Of a stretch of DNA of 64,000 bases, positions 59,559 to 64,000 are shown one piece after another. Numbering within the stretch: position 1 is the first letter of the stretch; the number at the start of each line of letters is the position of its first letter. Position numbers and translations under genes: made by a program. The stretch comes from Caldisericaceae bacterium (GTDB taxonomy: Bacteria > Caldisericota > Caldisericia > Caldisericales > Caldisericaceae), in contig JBMFRX010000002.1 in assembly GCA_049967855.1 (NCBI GenBank), positions 32,001 to 96,000 of the forward strand, given 5' to 3'. The notes under the pieces are model-generated. The model was not told the DNA's origin. It did no database searches and saw nothing but the letters and a program-made list of their open reading frames with translations.

Positions 59559-60758
59559 GTGGATATATTTGGCAAATTTAAGAATTCGGATAGAGAGTCT
59601 CCTATAAACGATGCCCGATTAGCTATAGAAAAGGGTATTTATCCTTATTTTTTACCTCTTGAGGAAACTGAAGGCACCGAAGTGGTTATAAATGGTAGGA
59701 AACTTATTATGCTTGGTTCTAACAACTATCTCGGACTTACTACTCATCCTAAAGTGAAGGAGGCTGCTATTAACGCTGTAAAAGAATATGGTACAAGTTC
59801 TACAGGCTCTCGTTTTATGAATGGCACTTTGAAAATTCATCGTGAGCTTGAAGATAAACTTGCCGAGTTTCTTCATAGAGAAGCCTGTCTTGTGTTCTCC
59901 ACTGGTTATCAGACCAACGTTGGCACAATTTCGTCACTTGTTGGGCGAAACGATTATGCAATTACCGACAAGGAAGACCATGCTTCAATTATTGATGGTG
60001 TTAAAATGTCTTATGGTAAATTGGCTCGATTTAAACATAACGATGTTGATGATCTTGAGCGTGTTATAAAAACACTTCCTGGAGATTCTGGCAAGCTTTT
60101 GATTGTAGATGGAGTTTACTCTATGGCAGGCGACATTGCTCCATTGCCTCAAATGCTTGAAGTTGCTAAGAAAAATGACGTAAGGATTATGGTTGACGAT
60201 GCTCATTCCATTGGGGTGCTTGGTGACCATGGCAGAGGAACTGCAAACTACTATGGGCTAGACAAGGAAGTAGACTTGATAATGGGTACTTTCAGCAAGT
60301 CTTTTGCAAGTCTTGGAGGTTTTATTGCAGGAGATGAGGATGTAATTTTTTACATAAAGCATACTGCAAGGTCTTTCATATTCAGCGCGAGTATGTCGCC
60401 TGCAAGTACAGGAGCAGCGTTGGCATCTTTGCAAGTTATGCAAGACGAGCCAGAGCGAATTGAGCACCTCTGGAAGATAGCGGAGCGAATGAAACAAGGT
60501 CTAAAATCACTTGGATTTGATATAGGCAACAGTAGTACTCCTGTTATACCTGTTTATATACGCGATAGGTGGAAAACGATTTATATGTGGAAAGAGCTTT
60601 TTGATTTGGGAGTTTATGTGAATCCAACTGTGCCGCCTGCTGTTTCACCTAATGAGTCCCTCTTAAGAACAAGCTACATCGCAACCCACACCGAGGAGCA
60701 GATAGACAGAGCTCTTGAGATTTTTGAAAGAGCAGGTAAGAAAATAGGTCTTATTTAG
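59559..60758 (+). CDS. spt: Alpha-oxoamine synthase, most like serine palmitoyltransferase
   Basis: GIYPYF, GSNNYLGL, GSRFMNGT, DHASIIDG, DDAH, DLIMGTFSKS, FIFSAS. These match SPT rather than KBL (SVRFICGT, GTLGKA) or BioF (ASRL, GTLSKA). Confidence 0.75.
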   Translation: MDIFGKFKNSDRESPINDARLAIEKGIYPYFLPLEETEGTEVVINGRKLIMLGSNNYLGLTTHPKVKEAAINAVKEYGTSSTGSRFMNGTLKIHRELEDKLAEFLHREACLVFSTGYQTNVGTISSLVGRNDYAITDKEDHASIIDGVKMSYGKLARFKHNDVDDLERVIKTLPGDSGKLLIVDGVYSMAGDIAPLPQMLEVAKKNDVRIMVDDAHSIGVLGDHGRGTANYYGLDKEVDLIMGTFSKSFASLGGFIAGDEDVIFYIKHTARSFIFSASMSPASTGAALASLQVMQDEPERIEHLWKIAERMKQGLKSLGFDIGNSSTPVIPVYIRDRWKTIYMWKELFDLGVYVNPTVPPAVSPNESLLRTSYIATHTEEQIDRALEIFERAGKKIGLI

Positions 60759-60765
60759 CAATTTT

Positions 60766-60792
60766 TAAGGGCATCCCTGTGGGATGCCCTTA
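60766..60792. terminator. Bidirectional intrinsic terminator
   Basis: TAAGGGCATCCC-TGT-GGGATGCCCTTA perfect 12 bp stem between convergent genes. Confidence 0.85.
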
Positions 60793-60821
60793 TTATATTA
60801 AAAGCCTGCAAGCATTGGTGA

Positions 60822-61334
60822 TTATGGATTTCTTGGAGTTGTGCAATTCCCTGAGCCTGTCCTGTTTCCCTTGACTGCGCTTTTTGCCCATGAAGGTGAC
60901 CCAGTTGCAGTTCTCTCAACCATTGTTTTTACTCTTGAAAGCACTTGGGAAGAAGCACTATCAAATTGTTTCTGAGTAATCTTGCCATTTGAAAGGAGTG
61001 TTTTTAATTCATCGGTTCTCTTTGTAACAATAAACTGTACGAGAGAATCCTCGGTCTTGCCTTTTTCTGATGCAATTGTTGCAAGGCTTTTTCCTGAAGC
61101 TCTTTCTTGTTCAAGGCTACTAACTGTCATTCCAAGAAATGTGGCAATATCTGAGTTTTTACTTCCACTGTTCTTTAAAGATATGCCATTCGATTGAGTT
61201 CCCTTAAATCTTGACATACTTCCTGCTCCCGTGTCTGAAGCATTTGAAGAAGTGCTTGCATTAGCAAATCCAATACCTCCAAGCACGAGTCCTGCTACCA
61301 TTACTCCAACTAACAACCAATTAAATTTTCTCAT
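60822..61334 (-). CDS. Secreted hypothetical protein
   Basis: Sec signal ending ANA-S; IATFLGMT..GKSLATIA and GKITQKQ motifs; GAGGAGG SD. Confidence 0.75.
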   Translation of the reverse strand: MRKFNWLLVGVMVAGLVLGGIGFANASTSSNASDTGAGSMSRFKGTQSNGISLKNSGSKNSDIATFLGMTVSSLEQERASGKSLATIASEKGKTEDSLVQFIVTKRTDELKTLLSNGKITQKQFDSASSQVLSRVKTMVERTATGSPSWAKSAVKGNRTGSGNCTTPRNP

Positions 61335-61388
61335 TCTTACCTCCTCAGGTAAATAATTTTTAACTACAAGCTTATTTTAAATAATAAG

Positions 61389-61406
61389 TGTGAAGCCAAT
61401 ATGAAG
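61389..61406 (-). promoter_or_regulatory. Putative OmpR/PhoB-family direct-repeat operator
   Basis: On the minus strand CTTCATA-TTGG-CTTCACA (11 bp period), 9 nt upstream of a TAAAAT -10 at 61374-61379. Confidence 0.45.
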
Positions 61407-61671
61407 TCATATAATATTGTTTTTGGATAGCAGCCAAATAGGGAATATTAGTTCAAATTGGATTGAAAATGAAACTAGCTTTTGCAGAATGCCAAATGAA
61501 TATTCTAAGAAGATTTGTAGTCTTACTTGAGTTAAAACGGCATTCTTTCAATGTGTCCTGCATCAACTGCCAGACTCAATTTTGGCAAGCAAAAAACATA
61601 CTGATTCGTGTTTTATTTTAGAGATTCTGTTTAATGTTAAAATTGAAGACCTTTTAACAAGTATTTTCCGT

Positions 61672-63282
61672 TCAAGTGGTTTTCTTTAGACTCTTGGATG
61701 AATACAAAAGTCGATCTACAATTTCTAAGATTTCGTTAGAAATTAGTTGCACATTATTTTTTTGTTCAGGGTTTTTCGCTATGAATTCTTGGTAAAACTC
61801 CTTAAAGCTCAATTTCCCATAAGAGAACCCGAACTTAAATTGCTCTATAAATTGGCCAAAGTTTTCCCTGAATGCTACATTCAGTCTGGCAATTACAAGC
61901 TCAATTGTAGGAGGGGGAGACTCAGGAAAGAGCATTAAAAACTCGTCTCCTCCATATCTGAAAGCATAATCAATTTTTCTTATGCTTTTTAGCATCAAAT
62001 CTGCCGTCTGTTTTAGAATCCTGTCGCCCTCAATGTGCCCGAAATTGTCGTTTATCAATTTAAAATTGTCAAGGTCCATAAAAATAATTTGGAAGTTATT
62101 TTCCTTTCTGAAGAACTTGTTTATCTCGTAATTTAATACTTCTTCAAGCTTTCTGCGATTGTATAAGGCTGTTAGTGCGTCTTCCCTTGAAGCTTTTGAT
62201 AAGGCTGCATTTAACTGCTCCACATTGTGCAGGAGAGCATCTTTTTCGAATACAGTCATAATTGTTCTTGAAAGGAGTTCAATGTTTGAAACATCCGTTT
62301 CGGTAAATCTATTTGGCTTAGCTGAATCTACGTTTAATACCGCAATAACCTCTCCATTAACTATAATTGGTACTCCTATATAACTTCTTGTTGGGACTGC
62401 TTTTACCCAATATCTAAATTTATGTGTATCTTTCATAAGGATAGTGGTTTTATTTTTCATTATTTCTTCTAGATTGCTTGGTTTAACTGACCTAAAGCCT
62501 GCTTCAGTTTTCTGAATTGTTTGTTCTGGAATGTTATCCCATGCTATGAACTTCCATTCTCCATTTCTATATTCAATTATTGAAGCTGAATCACCTCCAA
62601 CTACTTCTCTTGCAATACTAACAATATGTTTAAGAATTTCCTCTTTGTTTCCAATGTATGTTGTTAGCTCAATTGTAGCTTCTCTTAGGGAATCTATTGT
62701 GAAGCGTTCTTTGTTGAAGCTGGTAAAGATTGCATTTGAGAAAAACGAAGAAAGGAGAAGGAAAAACCCAACATCCAGGATTTTCTCATACACAGATGCA
62801 AGGCTTCCCTGGTTAAGATTTTGTGGAAAGTAAGGAATCAATCCAAAGGACTCGCTTAAGAGTAAACCAATGTACAAGAGAAAAGAAATCGCGGAAAGAA
62901 AAAAAGTGTAGCTTGTTTTCCTGTATGCACTTATGCTCAGAACGACAAAGAGATACATTACAAAGAAAGGACTGGCGGCTCCTCCTGTAAAGTATGCTAG
63001 CATTGTAAAGAAAATCACTTCTATAAACGCTACAGCAAACAAATAACCAAACATTACATTTTCATTGGTAATCTTTTCAATTAAATAGTGTGCAAGCAAA
63101 GTGAAAAGTAAATACATTAGAGATGCATATAAAATAATCAGAGGCCTCATAGGAAAGCTAAAAGATTTAGAAAGTGTTGATAAAAAGCACAACAAAATCC
63201 CGAAGGCTGGGATAAGCAGTTTCAGCCTTAAGATTTTTTGTTCCATCTCTTTAAGCTCTGGAAGTGTCAGTGATTTTTTCAT
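61672..63282 (-). CDS. Membrane-bound GAF-GGDEF diguanylate cyclase
   Basis: About 6 TM helices, GAF (SYIGVPI..NVDS), DALTALYNRR, DLDNFKLINDNFGH, RKID-YAFRY-GGDEF. Confidence 0.93.
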   Translation of the reverse strand: MKKSLTLPELKEMEQKILRLKLLIPAFGILLCFLSTLSKSFSFPMRPLIILYASLMYLLFTLLAHYLIEKITNENVMFGYLFAVAFIEVIFFTMLAYFTGGAASPFFVMYLFVVLSISAYRKTSYTFFLSAISFLLYIGLLLSESFGLIPYFPQNLNQGSLASVYEKILDVGFFLLLSSFFSNAIFTSFNKERFTIDSLREATIELTTYIGNKEEILKHIVSIAREVVGGDSASIIEYRNGEWKFIAWDNIPEQTIQKTEAGFRSVKPSNLEEIMKNKTTILMKDTHKFRYWVKAVPTRSYIGVPIIVNGEVIAVLNVDSAKPNRFTETDVSNIELLSRTIMTVFEKDALLHNVEQLNAALSKASREDALTALYNRRKLEEVLNYEINKFFRKENNFQIIFMDLDNFKLINDNFGHIEGDRILKQTADLMLKSIRKIDYAFRYGGDEFLMLFPESPPPTIELVIARLNVAFRENFGQFIEQFKFGFSYGKLSFKEFYQEFIAKNPEQKNNVQLISNEILEIVDRLLYSSKSLKKTT

Positions 63283-63359
63283 TATATATAATTATATCTA
63301 AAGCCTTATGCTTCCAAAACACCTATTCAAATAAAGCCATTGTAACATTAAACAAAACT

Positions 63360-63977
63360 TCATCTGTTCTTATTTGCGCTCTTTATTTTTGAGGGAAGCT
63401 CATTATTTAGTAGTTCGACAATTTCCTTTACGCTCATAATCCTTGCTCCCATATTCTTCATATCGTTCAGGTTAGCTCTCTGCGTTTCTTCGTTATTTGA
63501 AGCAGTGCCGTCCTCCATCACCACTACATCGTAATCAAAGGATATTGCATCTGTAAAAGTTGCCCTGATGCAATTTGGTGTTTGCACTCCACACATAATA
63601 AGTGTGTTGATGTTGCTTCTGCGGAGTATCAAGTCTAATTCCGTACCAAAGAAAGCTGACCATCGTTTCTTTGTTATTACAATTTCATTGTCTAAGGGCT
63701 TAAGTTTTTCAACAATTTGTGCTCCACGGCTTCCCTCAATCAAAAAGCCACCTGTTTTACTGAATAGGTCGGCTCTTGGCTTGTCAATATCACTGCCATC
63801 CTTCCTGTGAAGCCTTCTTACAAATACTATACTCAATTGGTGCTCCCTGAAAAAGCTTAAGAGCTCACTTATTTTTCCTATAATTGCAGGCCCCTGTTTT
63901 ACAAAAAGCTCCGAATCTGGTTCAAGAAAATCATACTGCATGTCAATTATTAACAAACAAACTCTTCTCTTATTCAT
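63360..63977 (-). CDS. Isochorismatase-family cysteine hydrolase
   Basis: LLIIDMQYDF, KKRWSAFFGT, GVQTPNCIRAT (Asp-Lys-Cys triad). Confidence 0.92.
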   Translation of the reverse strand: MNKRRVCLLIIDMQYDFLEPDSELFVKQGPAIIGKISELLSFFREHQLSIVFVRRLHRKDGSDIDKPRADLFSKTGGFLIEGSRGAQIVEKLKPLDNEIVITKKRWSAFFGTELDLILRRSNINTLIMCGVQTPNCIRATFTDAISFDYDVVVMEDGTASNNEETQRANLNDMKNMGARIMSVKEIVELLNNELPSKIKSANKNR

Positions 63978-64000
63978 AATATACTAATTATATTCTAATT

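Overview
An AT-rich, densely coding bacterial chromosomal segment made mostly of core genes. It contains tig-clpP-clpX-lon-rodZ-rimO-thpR-recA-recX-rny-uvrC-hflX, tRNA-Arg(CCG), a Fur/PerR-family regulator, divergent rsmG/mnmG, gpmA, a serine-catabolism block, an XdhD-like molybdo-hydroxylase trio, dnaE-glnA, surE, NfeD/SPFH, ligA-gatCAB, lemA-htpX, a threonine operon, pckG and a diguanylate cyclase. Gene style suggests an anaerobic deep-branching lineage, possibly Caldisericota; this is an impression, not a database result. I saw no CRISPR array, prophage, IS element or intein. Main leads: (1) a serine palmitoyltransferase-type enzyme plus a bacterial ceramide-synthase-like GNAT protein, suggesting a sphingolipid pathway in an unexpected lineage; (2) a thrB-less thrC-thrA-asd operon ending in a circularly permuted HAD protein that may replace homoserine kinase; (3) a DnaA-box cluster downstream of mnmG-gpmA; (4) repeated leaderless-gene architecture; (5) a degenerate GGDEF protein with an intact I-site, divergent from the ceramide-synthase-like gene. 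All calls come from reading motifs by eye; no searches were run.
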